From Bacteroidales bacterium (GTDB lineage Bacteria; Bacteroidota; Bacteroidia; Bacteroidales; WCHB1-69): DNA of 64,000 bases. This document shows, piece after piece, positions 29,502-39,052 of the stretch. The notes below the pieces were generated by a model. It did not search any database. It had not been told where the DNA came from and worked only from the letters and a program-made list of their open reading frames with translations. The number at the start of each line of letters is the position of its first letter. The stretch's first letter is position 1. Position numbers and translations under genes: made by a program. The stretch spans positions 5,786-69,785 of the forward strand of contig JAZLLK010000028.1 in the NCBI GenBank assembly GCA_045598105.1, read 5' to 3'.

Positions 29502-29659
29502 GTTACATGGGAATGTATTTTCTATAGGGAAAACACACTTACAATGCATACCAAACATATAGCATGCTATGAAAACATACGCATTAAGTTTTTTATTTTT
29601 ATAGTTTTTTCTTATTTTACAATAAAAATAAATATATTTTATAATTTTAGTATTCATTT

Positions 29660-30472
29660 TTATAACTTGGTTACAAATACAAATGTATTCGGTTCCCAGC
29701 ACATGGCAGGAGGAGCCGACTCAAATATGCCATATACGGTAGCACCGCTACCCGAGAGAGAGGCGTACACGGCACCCTGCTGCAGCAATCGACTTTTAAT
29801 ATGAGCTAACGCAGGATAGAGCGGAAAAAGCGTATCTTCAAAGTCGTTATGCAATGCCTGCTGCCACTGAGCAAGCGGAAGCTGCAATAGAGAGCATATA
29901 TCCACATTGGCATTACGGCACACACAATTACGATAGGCATCAGCAGTAGGAATATGCACATCGGGCTTTACCAGCATTATATATTTACCTTGCAATTGAG
30001 CAAGGGTAATATAGGACAGTTCATCACCTTTCCCTCTTCCTATAGCCGGCTGATGTTGAATAAAAAAGGCGCAGTCACTACCTAATTCGGAAGCATATTC
30101 ACACAAGGTAAGCGGGGACAAATGCAATTCAAACAAATCATTAAGCAGCAATAAAGTATAAGCGGCGTCGGCGCTGCCGCCACCCAAACCGGCACCCATA
30201 GGCACACATTTATGCAGGTGTATGCTTACCGGAGGGCAGGCATGCCTGCGTTCCATAAGCCTATAGGCTTTTACCGTCAAATTATGCTCCGTATCGCCTT
30301 CCACGGGAATTCCGCTTGCCGAATAAGCAAATACCGATGAGGGTACTATTTCAAGCACATCGCTAAGGGCGTTAACAGGATAAAAGCCGGTGGCTAAATT
30401 ATGAAAGCCGTCAGCCCGCTTATTCAATATATATAAGCCAATATTAATTTTACAGGGAGGAAAGAATATCAT
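29660..30472 (-). CDS. ispE: 4-diphosphocytidyl-2-C-methyl-D-erythritol kinase
   Basis: KINIGLYILNKRADGFH and the GHMP motif PMGAGLGGGSADAA. Start set to MIFFPPCKINIG, because the track ORF (to 30649) reads through a tRNA gene. Confidence 0.85.
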   Translation of the reverse strand: MIFFPPCKINIGLYILNKRADGFHNLATGFYPVNALSDVLEIVPSSVFAYSASGIPVEGDTEHNLTVKAYRLMERRHACPPVSIHLHKCVPMGAGLGGGSADAAYTLLLLNDLFELHLSPLTLCEYASELGSDCAFFIQHQPAIGRGKGDELSYITLAQLQGKYIMLVKPDVHIPTADAYRNCVCRNANVDICSLLQLPLAQWQQALHNDFEDTLFPLYPALAHIKSRLLQQGAVYASLSGSGATVYGIFESAPPAMCWEPNTFVFVTKL

Positions 30473-30502
30473 ACCGCCTATGTTAATGCTATAAATAAAA
30501 TG

Positions 30503-30510
30503 CAAAGATA
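30503..30510 (-). promoter_or_regulatory. -7 promoter box (TATCTTTG) for ispE
   Basis: Plus-strand caaagata, 31 nt upstream of start codon 30472. Confidence 0.5.
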
Positions 30511-30591
30511 GCATTTTTTTTGCGGACTTGGCTACAACCATACTGACAAAAAAAAGAAGTACACTCTTACAAGCATACTTCTTAGGAGAAG

Positions 30592-30664
<73 letters not shown>

Positions 30665-30680
30665 GGCCTTTTTTATTTAG

Positions 30681-30765
30681 TACCTCGGGCGGGACTTGAA
30701 CCCGCACGAACGTAATGTTCAAGGGATTTTAAGTCCCTCGTGTCTACCAATTCCACCACCAAGGC
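30681..30765 (-). tRNA. tRNA-Leu (anticodon UAA), long variable arm
   Basis: The minus strand reads GCCTTGGTGGTGGAATTGGTAGACACGAGGGACTTAAAATCCCT..GCGGGTTCAAGTCCCGCCCGAGGTA, with anticodon loop CTTAAAA and a TPsiC arm GCGGG/CCCGC. Confidence 0.85.
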
Positions 30766-30773
30766 ATCCGTAG

Positions 30774-30846
<73 letters not shown>

Positions 30847-30860
30847 AGTATTTGAGACTG

Positions 30861-30868
30861 CAAAGGTA
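30861..30868 (-). promoter_or_regulatory. -7 promoter box (TACCTTTG) for the tRNA Gly-Leu-Gly cluster
   Basis: Plus-strand caaaggta, 15 nt upstream of the first tRNA 5' end (30846). Confidence 0.5.
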
Positions 30869-31053
30869 CAATTTTTTTTAATACCATACAGCCTGATTAT
30901 GTTTTTTTATACAAATATATGTATAATCAACTCATATTCAACAATAAAAAATTTACATCACATTATTTATCCACACCTATACAATAGGAGAACAAGCGTT
31001 TATTTCACCATTACTTCTCTTCAAAAAAGCAGGATTACACTGCTCTGCCACGA

Positions 31054-32583
31054 TTATTCAAAGCTGACATCTATTACGGGTGTTACTTTTACGCCGTCGT
31101 AACGGGTTTCTACGCCCATATTATAGGTGGTAATATATAGCACATTGCCGTTTTCATCATACTTAATGGCATTACCATGTAGCAGGCCGCTGCTATAGTT
31201 ATATTCGGCCATTTTGGCGGCATTTTCCCAATAGTATATTACTTTACCGTCATATTCACCGTTAAAATAGTGTTCTTCCACTTTGATACGCCCGCCCGGA
31301 TAATAAGTTTTCCAGCAACCTTCTCTGTTACCGTTATCATATTTACCTGTAATAAGGGTACTATCATTACGATAATACCATCGGCCTGTTTCCAGCCCGG
31401 CATCATAATTACCGCATTCCAGTGTATCGCCTTCTACGGAAAGTGAAAAAGACAGCCCCTGCATATCGCCGTCATCATATTCTTCCATAGCCAGCACTTC
31501 ACCCGACGGATAGTACCACCACCACTGCCCGTCCTTTTTACCTTTAGAGGTATAGGAGCCCTCTATTTCGGTACGACCATCCTCATAATAATAATACCAC
31601 TGCCCGGCAGGTTTACTGTTAATATACTTACCTTTAGCCTTAAGCATACCGGAAGGATAGAATTCTTTCCACATACCCTGTTTTTTACCGTTATCATCCA
31701 CCACACCCTCACCCAGGCGAATACCGTTATGAAATATATAACTTTTTATTACTTTGCCGGTGCTGTCATATTCACGGCGTACACCTTCGGGCACACCTTT
31801 AAAATAATGGGCTACGGTGTGTATTTTTCCGTTAGGATGGTAATCTGTTTTACGGTCCAAATGCATGGTTTCGGTGGCATTTTCTATAAGTATATCGTTT
31901 TCATATTTTTCTATATACTTAAAATTACCATTGGCATCATAGTACTTAAAATAGCCGTTCTTTTTACCGTTCAAATACGTACCTTCAGCCAATAATATGC
32001 CTTGAGGAGAAAATTGCTTCCACTGTCCGTTTTTTTGGCCGGAGGCATTATATCGGTTCACGTACTCCCGTTTTATCACATTGCCTTCTTCATAATGCCA
32101 TACAGTGTGTATATTACCTAAAGTATCAGTCATACGTGCCCAGCCGTGCTCTTTGCCACCTTCATAGGGTATAACTGCCAGCACGTGCCCCGCACTGTCC
32201 TTACGATACACATTACCTGTAATAGTGTCATGCCTATAGGTAATTTCCTCTATGTAAGAGGCGGTGTATATACGGGTAATTCCCTCATAATGACTATTAT
32301 GATAACTTATTTCAGATTGTATATTACCCTGCTCATCATAAAACTTCCATACGCTGTCAAGCAGCATATCCTTGCGGTTACCCTCAGAACGCAACACCCC
32401 TGACGGATAATAGGATTTCCAGTAGCCGTCGGGCTTGCCGTTACGCATATAGCCCTCACTCGACAGGGTACCATCCTGATAGTAAAACCGTTGCAATGTA
32501 CTGTCAGATTGTGCCCACACGAGGCTTACACTCCACACCAATAAGCATAATGCTAATCCCTTTTTCATATTTTCTATAGGCAT
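31054..32583 (-). CDS. Secreted MORN-variant (YwqK-like) repeat protein
   Basis: Signal peptide followed by about 18 repeats of the type G.Y.NGK.DG.W..YYPSG.L...G. Confidence 0.75.
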   Translation of the reverse strand: MPIENMKKGLALCLLVWSVSLVWAQSDSTLQRFYYQDGTLSSEGYMRNGKPDGYWKSYYPSGVLRSEGNRKDMLLDSVWKFYDEQGNIQSEISYHNSHYEGITRIYTASYIEEITYRHDTITGNVYRKDSAGHVLAVIPYEGGKEHGWARMTDTLGNIHTVWHYEEGNVIKREYVNRYNASGQKNGQWKQFSPQGILLAEGTYLNGKKNGYFKYYDANGNFKYIEKYENDILIENATETMHLDRKTDYHPNGKIHTVAHYFKGVPEGVRREYDSTGKVIKSYIFHNGIRLGEGVVDDNGKKQGMWKEFYPSGMLKAKGKYINSKPAGQWYYYYEDGRTEIEGSYTSKGKKDGQWWWYYPSGEVLAMEEYDDGDMQGLSFSLSVEGDTLECGNYDAGLETGRWYYRNDSTLITGKYDNGNREGCWKTYYPGGRIKVEEHYFNGEYDGKVIYYWENAAKMAEYNYSSGLLHGNAIKYDENGNVLYITTYNMGVETRYDGVKVTPVIDVSFE

Positions 32584-32594
32584 ATATACGCATG

Positions 32595-32602
32595 CAAAGA
32601 TA
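32595..32602 (-). promoter_or_regulatory. -7 promoter box (TATCTTTG) for the MORN-repeat gene
   Basis: Plus-strand caaagata, 12 nt upstream of start codon 32583. Confidence 0.5.
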
Positions 32603-32807
32603 ACATTTTTTATACTACTATGACCGACTCCGGTACTTAATATTTTTTTTTGCTTTCAGGCAACATTTTATCTGTAAATGGTGTCTATATAAATGGTGAA
32701 GTTTTTTTTTAGGGCAAAAAAAATTACAAGAATAAGTAAAGGCAGACACTATTCTTACATCACCATTAATAAAAGGTTCTGCTATATAATTTAATTGGAA
32801 AAGAAGA

Positions 32808-34004
32808 ATGAAAAAATTATTTATCATCATGTTAGCCATACTCATCTGCGGATGTGTATGGGCTCAAAAATCCGGCATCGGCTTTATGCGTAACACATCT
32901 GAAGCCATAAAAACGAATCAAAAAGAAGCCATGGTACGTAAAGCAAACATCAATTATGAAATGACGGGATACACCACCAGTGATAACTTACGCACCGTAC
33001 GCTTTACCTACAATGCACAGCACAAGCTTATAGCCTGCTATAGTGATGAAGCAGGTGACTACACAGTAATAGACTCCATGAAATATGACGCTAATGGCAA
33101 TATGGTACGCATGGATGGTTACCAATGGATAGATAACACATGGAAACATGTATATTATATAGAATACACCTATGATAATAACAACAACCGCACTTCCAGA
33201 ACCAATTACAACCTATTCCAGGGAGAATGGAACTTAGGCGGAGTATACAGCTACACTTACAATAGCAATAATCAGCTGATATATAAAAAGCTCACCATGG
33301 GCAACAATGTGATATCTGCTGTAGATTACACGTATGAAAACGGACATTTGTCCACCGAAGTATGGAGTTATAGCAGATATGGCGGTGGCATGGAAACTTC
33401 GGAAAAAATATGCTACTACTACACCAATAATAAGCTCACCCGCTCGGAAGACAGCACCTACACGGAAGGCTTATACTACTATTACGGCCGCAAAGAATAT
33501 GACTACAACACTAGCGGCAATATGACAGAATATCGTAAATATGACGAAGAACATGTATTGGCAGAAAAGTCCATATTCACATACGATACCCAATACAAGT
33601 TGGAGAACACCGCCATGCCTGTATCACCCGAATTGGAACGACCTTACCTGTATAACAATACCAATATATATACCAAAGAAATGTGGCACACCTTGGCCAT
33701 AGGCAATGAACTCAAATATGCATTTGACTACAATTACACCTATAGCACCCCTACTGCCATAGCCGATAACGAGGTGAAAAATGTAAGCCTGAATCCTAAT
33801 CCTGCCCGCAACATGCTTTGCATAAGCGGTGAATATGAAAACATACAAAGCATGGATATATACAATATAGCCGGTCAAAAAGTAATGCATGTAAACGAAT
33901 ATGTAAACGTATTAGACATATCGACATTGGCCAATGGCATGTACCTGCTTCAATTGAATGGCGAGCAAGCCCGCTTTACAGGTAAATTTGTAAAAGCACA
34001 TTAA
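32808..34004 (+). CDS. Secreted repeat protein with a T9SS type A C-terminal sorting domain
   Basis: Signal peptide, YD-like repeats (YTYDNNNNRTSRTNY, YSYTYNSNNQLIY, YTYENGHLSTEV, YDYNTSGNMTEY), and a C-terminus LNPNPARNMLCISG..MDIYNIAGQKV..LANGMYLLQL typical of the Por secretion CTD. Confidence 0.75.
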   Translation: MKKLFIIMLAILICGCVWAQKSGIGFMRNTSEAIKTNQKEAMVRKANINYEMTGYTTSDNLRTVRFTYNAQHKLIACYSDEAGDYTVIDSMKYDANGNMVRMDGYQWIDNTWKHVYYIEYTYDNNNNRTSRTNYNLFQGEWNLGGVYSYTYNSNNQLIYKKLTMGNNVISAVDYTYENGHLSTEVWSYSRYGGGMETSEKICYYYTNNKLTRSEDSTYTEGLYYYYGRKEYDYNTSGNMTEYRKYDEEHVLAEKSIFTYDTQYKLENTAMPVSPELERPYLYNNTNIYTKEMWHTLAIGNELKYAFDYNYTYSTPTAIADNEVKNVSLNPNPARNMLCISGEYENIQSMDIYNIAGQKVMHVNEYVNVLDISTLANGMYLLQLNGEQARFTGKFVKAH

Positions 34005-34028
34005 TTCCCAAAATCCATACAACCTCCC

Positions 34029-34063
34029 AAGAAGCACCTTACACAAGGTGCTTCTTATTTTTT
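34029..34063 (+). terminator. Intrinsic terminator after the T9SS repeat-protein gene
   Basis: 12-bp stem aagaagcacctt / aaggtgcttctt, loop acaca, followed by aTTTTTT. Confidence 0.85.
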
Positions 34064-34304
34064 ATATATACCTGATTATATACCACCATACATACAGGCT
34101 ACCCGTGCTATGCATAATACATTGACTAGTGCGTATATGGTATATTCATACGCTATCGGTACTAACTTCATAAAAAAAAGATGTATGTGAAAGAGGGAAG
34201 AGAAAAAGGGAACCGACTTTTAACACCAATATCATAACAGGCATACGCCCAAAGGTGTACACATGCAGCATTATTACATATAGGACAACTCAGGCTGTAT
34301 AAAG

Positions 34305-36161
34305 TTAAAACTGAAAATATATAAAGGCCTGAAAATCGGCGGTAACAAACTGGTATACCACAAACACTGTTACCACCACGACCAGTAATATAACAGGCAA
34401 TGGCAAAGTGGCAAAATTATAGCGGTACAGGCGTTTAAAGCGGTCGGGCAGCCAGTGAATAATCATACCCAAAACAAAAAGCAATATAACCTTATAATGA
34501 GATGCACATATAGTGCCTATTAGCGACATATCCCACAGGTTTCCTATTTGTGCTACCATATTTTTAGCGGTATTCCATGCTTCTTCGTTGGCTATGGCAG
34601 GGTCCAAATTGGATCCGGAGCGGAAGAACAACCGGGTGAAGGTAATGAACACAAAGGTGGTAAATACTGCCCATACATGGGAAAGCCATTTTACAGGCTG
34701 AGGCGACACCACTACATGGTATAGCATAGAGAGCAAGGCTCCCGCAAACAACATACCTGTCCACACCACTCCTATACGGAATATGGGAGCGGGCATAAAA
34801 TATTGTAACAGTAGCATAAGGGCAAACAAGGCTAAGGTTACTGCGGCCTTCATATAATGATTGCAGCGTTTCCAAAATTCAAAGGCCAGCATACCCATGC
34901 CGTTGAGGCCGCCCCATATCATAAAATTCCAGCTGGCGCCGTGCCACAATCCGCCCAGCAACATGGTATCCATACGGTTAATATTGGTAAATATGGCTTT
35001 GCGTGCCGAAGGCACTAAAATATACACCATAGCTACCACCAACATAACAGACACGATAGTGATACTTACCCACACATTGTTCACCAGGAACATAGCTATA
35101 AGCAGTATAACAGCCAATATGAAAAAAGTGCCGAAGGTAGCATTGCGGTTACCGCCCAGCGGTATATAAAGATAACTTTGCAGCCACTTAGATAATGATA
35201 TGTGCCACCGTTTCCAAAAATTACCCGGATTTACAGCTTTATAGGGAGAGTTGAAGTTTTGAGGCAATTTAAATCCCATAAGCGAGGCTACACCTATGGC
35301 TATATCGGTATAGCCCGAAAAATCGGCATATACCTGCAGGGAATAGGCAAACAGGGCAAACAGATTTTCAAATCCGGTAAACATTAAAGGATTGGAGAAC
35401 ACCCTGTCAATAAAATTCACGGCCAAATAATCGCTCAATATCATTTTTTTTGCCAAGCCGTTGAGTATCCAAAATACGGCTATACCGAATTGCTTACGGG
35501 ACAAAAAATAAGGAGTATGCAGTTGAGGTACAAACTCATTGGCTCTTACTATAGGGCCTGCCACCAGTTGGGGAAAAAAGCTGACATAAAAACCAAAGTC
35601 CAATATATTGTTCACAGGCTCTATTTTTTGCCTATATACATCCATGATATAACTGATAGTTTGGAAAGTATAGAACGATATACCCACAGGCAGCAATATT
35701 TTATCCACGGTAAAGTGGGAGCCTGTAAAGTTATTGGCCCATAAGGCCAAATAATTTACCACATGTATATGAGTACCCAGCAAGCTGTTAATAACATCTA
35801 CAAAGAAATAGGCGTATTTAAAATAGAACAGCACGCTCAAATTAAGCACCAGAGCCAGTAGCACCCATCCGTTCTTTCGTTTACGGGTAGCCGCATGATA
35901 TATACCTTTTCCTATGAAGAAATTAATAAAAATATCAAATACGAGTATCAAAACAAACATACCGCTTGTTTTGAAATAGAAGAACAAACTCACAAACAGC
36001 AAAAAGCTATTACGCAGCAGCAGTTTGCTGTGTAAAAAAGAGAAGAACAGCATTATCACGGCGAAGAATGCCCAAAAGTAAAACCGGGTAAACAATAAGG
36101 GCTGTTCCGCATTGAATGCGAATACACGGTCCAAAAATGCAAGTATATTATTCCAATCCAT
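34305..36161 (-). CDS. MBOAT family O-acyltransferase (AlgI/PatA/DltB-like)
   Basis: Polytopic membrane protein with the MBOAT histidine region NFWKRWHISLSKWL and YIPLGGNR. 618 aa. Confidence 0.85.
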   Translation of the reverse strand: MDWNNILAFLDRVFAFNAEQPLLFTRFYFWAFFAVIMLFFSFLHSKLLLRNSFLLFVSLFFYFKTSGMFVLILVFDIFINFFIGKGIYHAATRKRKNGWVLLALVLNLSVLFYFKYAYFFVDVINSLLGTHIHVVNYLALWANNFTGSHFTVDKILLPVGISFYTFQTISYIMDVYRQKIEPVNNILDFGFYVSFFPQLVAGPIVRANEFVPQLHTPYFLSRKQFGIAVFWILNGLAKKMILSDYLAVNFIDRVFSNPLMFTGFENLFALFAYSLQVYADFSGYTDIAIGVASLMGFKLPQNFNSPYKAVNPGNFWKRWHISLSKWLQSYLYIPLGGNRNATFGTFFILAVILLIAMFLVNNVWVSITIVSVMLVVAMVYILVPSARKAIFTNINRMDTMLLGGLWHGASWNFMIWGGLNGMGMLAFEFWKRCNHYMKAAVTLALFALMLLLQYFMPAPIFRIGVVWTGMLFAGALLSMLYHVVVSPQPVKWLSHVWAVFTTFVFITFTRLFFRSGSNLDPAIANEEAWNTAKNMVAQIGNLWDMSLIGTICASHYKVILLFVLGMIIHWLPDRFKRLYRYNFATLPLPVILLVVVVTVFVVYQFVTADFQAFIYFQF

Positions 36162-37434
36162 GTGATTTTGCTTTGTTTTTAAGATATGTTTCGTATTCCA
36201 TGAGCATGGCGTTGAACAGCACGTCGCCCCATATATTATAGCCCGTGGTGGTAAAGTGCACCTTATCTTTTTTGGCCAGGCCGGCTTTTTCCCAATCGGC
36301 CATTGATTTTAAGCCGCCCATGTAGGCAAACCAGTCAAATACGCCCGTATGATAATAAGTAGCCAGGCTTTTAAAGGCCAATTCCGCCAAATATCCGTTA
36401 GGGTTATTGGCATAGCTGCGACGGTTTTTGCGGTAACTGTCGTTATTGGTGGTAAACAGCACCTGACATTGTGGTGCCACCGAGCGTATGCGGGTTATTA
36501 AGCGTTTATAATTCTGTATAAATACCGTGGTATCAAAATCGGTACCGCTGGCATCATTGATACCTATGGAGAATATGCACAAGTCGGGCTTAAGCAACTG
36601 CAAGTCCTTCTCCATGAGTTCGCAACGCAAATACGAAGGCACGCTGGCGCCATTAATACCTATATCCACATACGAAAGGCCGCCCTGTTCGTTGTCGGCA
36701 TAAAAGCCTCGCAAGTAGAAATTTTCCCACAGGCTGTCGCCTACGGATTCAAAGGCCACGGTAAAGCCTTCTACCAATGTATCCAAGTCAAAACGGTAAG
36801 CTTTAATATCTTCATTATAATCGCCGTAGGCCACCAGTGAATCACCATATATCAGCTTAGGCTGTACCCAAGAGGAATCGCTGTAACCCAGCAGGTACAC
36901 TACGGAGAAGGAAAAATGTATGCTGTCATTATTACGCATGGCTATGGTAGCAGTACTCAGGGTATCATGCGGTACGCCGCAAATGCCCATAACACCCATA
37001 CCGTAAGAGGCATCACGCTGAGTATTTTTACAATAGAACCATTTACCGCTATGGTTCGATTTATAGCTCACAGGGTTATTGGTTCCGGCCACATGAAAAG
37101 GAAAGAGCATACCGCGTGAAGAGGTCATATCAGGAACAAGGGTAAGCCAATGGGAGCGATGACGATTAGTAAATATTCCGGCCTGTATATGTGAGCCGCC
37201 CATGTGCAGTATGGTAAACTTATGGTTGCCACCATCAAATATGTGGTGGTCAAGAAATTGAAAAAAACATTCCAATGCCATGGTGTCACCGCCGGGGTAT
37301 TCTATATGGCCCATATCGGCACTATAATGCGGGCTTAGGGGCACAGGCTTGTGTGGCCATTGGGCCTGCGTGTTCATGGTGCACAGCAGGCATATTTCAC
37401 ACATTATCACCTTTATATATGTAGCACGTTTCAT
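36148..37434 (-). CDS. SGNH/GDSL-like hydrolase or acyltransferase
   Basis: Signal peptide and SGNH-like blocks LHMGGSH, GINGAS, SIGINDA and DKVHFT. Overlaps the MBOAT start by 14 nt. Confidence 0.65.
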   Translation of the reverse strand: MKRATYIKVIMCEICLLCTMNTQAQWPHKPVPLSPHYSADMGHIEYPGGDTMALECFFQFLDHHIFDGGNHKFTILHMGGSHIQAGIFTNRHRSHWLTLVPDMTSSRGMLFPFHVAGTNNPVSYKSNHSGKWFYCKNTQRDASYGMGVMGICGVPHDTLSTATIAMRNNDSIHFSFSVVYLLGYSDSSWVQPKLIYGDSLVAYGDYNEDIKAYRFDLDTLVEGFTVAFESVGDSLWENFYLRGFYADNEQGGLSYVDIGINGASVPSYLRCELMEKDLQLLKPDLCIFSIGINDASGTDFDTTVFIQNYKRLITRIRSVAPQCQVLFTTNNDSYRKNRRSYANNPNGYLAELAFKSLATYYHTGVFDWFAYMGGLKSMADWEKAGLAKKDKVHFTTTGYNIWGDVLFNAMLMEYETYLKNKAKSHGLE

Positions 37435-38876
37435 TATTTACTATTTTTCATAAAACGTTCTATCAGCACTTCAGGGCAACGTTTACGCAAAGCGTAGAAC
37501 TGATAATGCAGCAGGAAAGCATCAGAGAGGGTACCGGCTATTTTGAGGGCACCGGCCTCGGTAAAGTGAACATAATCACCTCCTGCCCAGGCAGGAGAGT
37601 GTTTTACCCATGATACCATGGAGTTTTTACCACCCATTACGTTATACATATCCCAATAGGCGGCATCATTATTAAGCACTGTTTTTTTCAGAGCTTCATT
37701 CATAGCGGGCAAATAGGTATAGGTTTGCATTACACCGTCAATTCTTTTAGACATATCGGAAGGCCCTATGAATAATATTTTAGCCTTAGGATTACAATGG
37801 TGTATGTATTGTATTTGCCTGGCTATACGCTCCATATAACTATCTATAGCCTTTTGGCTATTAATTTGCGGCATCATATTGCCGCCGTACTGCATAATAA
37901 TAAGCCGTACGTTCATATTAGCATTACATTGCGACAGAGTGAGAGAGTCCATGCGGGTGAATATGGTACCCGAGCAGCCTCGCATAGGCACATTATCTAC
38001 GGTAACACCGGCAGTATTCTCCATAGATACGGCATATATTTCGGCTACGCCGTGCATGTGTATGGTAGCCTGGCTTACGGGCTTATTCATATTCCAAGTA
38101 AGGCGGCTTACGCCCCTATACGATGCCGATACCGAGCGTGTAACGCCGTTACAGGTGGCGGTAAAACCGGCTGCATTATTACCTATGAGCAAAACTACTC
38201 GGGAAAACGATTGTGTTTCTTTAAAGGAGCGACTACCCGTGCTGGCGCCCACAGTAACGGAAGCGTCACCATTCAATTGGGCCAAATTGGCCAAAATACC
38301 ATAGCGGTGATGGGATGCCCTATGCTGTGAGGTATCGCCATATACCACATAACGGCTAAGGCTGCCGGCATAACTTTGACGCACGGTAAACGACGGAATA
38401 GTTTGTATAGGAGGTACCATGCCGGCACCGCCGCCGCCAAACTGCTCCTGCAAACGGTGACGCAGCATGCTGGATATACGGTCCATTTCTATTTGTGAAT
38501 CGCCATAATGCACTATATGTATGGCTTTATCACTGCTTTTGGCATTTTCCATTATGGCAAACAACTTATCAAAATAGGTATAGTCCTCATGAGGAAAATA
38601 TATGCGGGCCACATTATTACGCACATAATCACGATAGAACACCAGGCTGTCAGCTATGCTTTGTGATTGCGAAACATCAGTTTGGCTTTGCAAAGCATTC
38701 AAATTACCTTCTATATCTACTTCTTCCACGCTATTATCAGCCAATATGGAAGCGGGCGATGGAAATTTAAGTTCGGCAATGCCTATATTTACACCATCAT
38801 GAGGAAACACCATGCCGAGCAAGGCCATGAGCAAAAATGATAATATCGTAAAAATTAATACTTTATATGGTTTCAT
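37434..38876 (-). CDS. SGNH/GDSL-like hydrolase or acyltransferase
   Basis: N-terminal TM/signal and blocks VHYGDSQ (GDS), QYGGNM (GxN) and DYVHFT (DxxH). First gene of the three-gene operon. Confidence 0.7.
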   Translation of the reverse strand: MKPYKVLIFTILSFLLMALLGMVFPHDGVNIGIAELKFPSPASILADNSVEEVDIEGNLNALQSQTDVSQSQSIADSLVFYRDYVRNNVARIYFPHEDYTYFDKLFAIMENAKSSDKAIHIVHYGDSQIEMDRISSMLRHRLQEQFGGGGAGMVPPIQTIPSFTVRQSYAGSLSRYVVYGDTSQHRASHHRYGILANLAQLNGDASVTVGASTGSRSFKETQSFSRVVLLIGNNAAGFTATCNGVTRSVSASYRGVSRLTWNMNKPVSQATIHMHGVAEIYAVSMENTAGVTVDNVPMRGCSGTIFTRMDSLTLSQCNANMNVRLIIMQYGGNMMPQINSQKAIDSYMERIARQIQYIHHCNPKAKILFIGPSDMSKRIDGVMQTYTYLPAMNEALKKTVLNNDAAYWDMYNVMGGKNSMVSWVKHSPAWAGGDYVHFTEAGALKIAGTLSDAFLLHYQFYALRKRCPEVLIERFMKNSK

Positions 38877-38907
38877 TTCTATTTTACTTACATAAAAACA
38901 CTAACTA

Positions 38908-38915
38908 CAAAGGTA
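38908..38915 (-). promoter_or_regulatory. -7 promoter box (TACCTTTG) for the SGNH-SGNH-MBOAT operon
   Basis: Plus-strand caaaggta, 32 nt upstream of start codon 38876. Confidence 0.5.
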
Positions 38916-39052
38916 ACACTTTTTTTGCTGACAGCGACACATGCTGTCAATTATTAAGCATAAAGCACCCACAGGCGGCCTACATATGTATAACACAAGC
39001 GGTTAACATAGAATTACCGCAACCATATCACAGGAATATCCGCACATGTATA

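Noticed and set aside
29472-29804. Two overlapping ORFs (76 aa on the minus strand, 106 aa on the plus strand) in the gap next to ispE.
   Set aside because: They are AT-rich and low-complexity (runs of K/N/I/Y/F), overlap the 3' end of ispE, and have no promoter box or motif. I treat them as non-coding.
30899-31102. A 67-aa plus-strand ORF between the tRNA cluster and the MORN-repeat gene.
   Set aside because: It is low-complexity and AT-rich, overlaps the 3' end of the MORN-repeat gene, and has no supporting signals.
31054-32583. MORN-variant repeat protein as the YwqK antitoxin of a toxin-antitoxin pair.
   Set aside because: It has a signal peptide, is 509 aa long, and has no adjacent toxin-like gene. 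The antitoxin label of the family does not fit this context.
37797-38330. 177-aa and 141-aa plus-strand ORFs antisense to the SGNH gene. Similar cases are 39617-40153, 43017-43526, 27041-27499, 26238-26609, 1348-1789 and 2108-2461.
   Set aside because: The reasoning is the same as for the nadB antisense ORFs. Each is nested in a well-supported gene on the opposite strand, has a biased Y/G/I/V composition, and lacks a promoter box or sensible start context.
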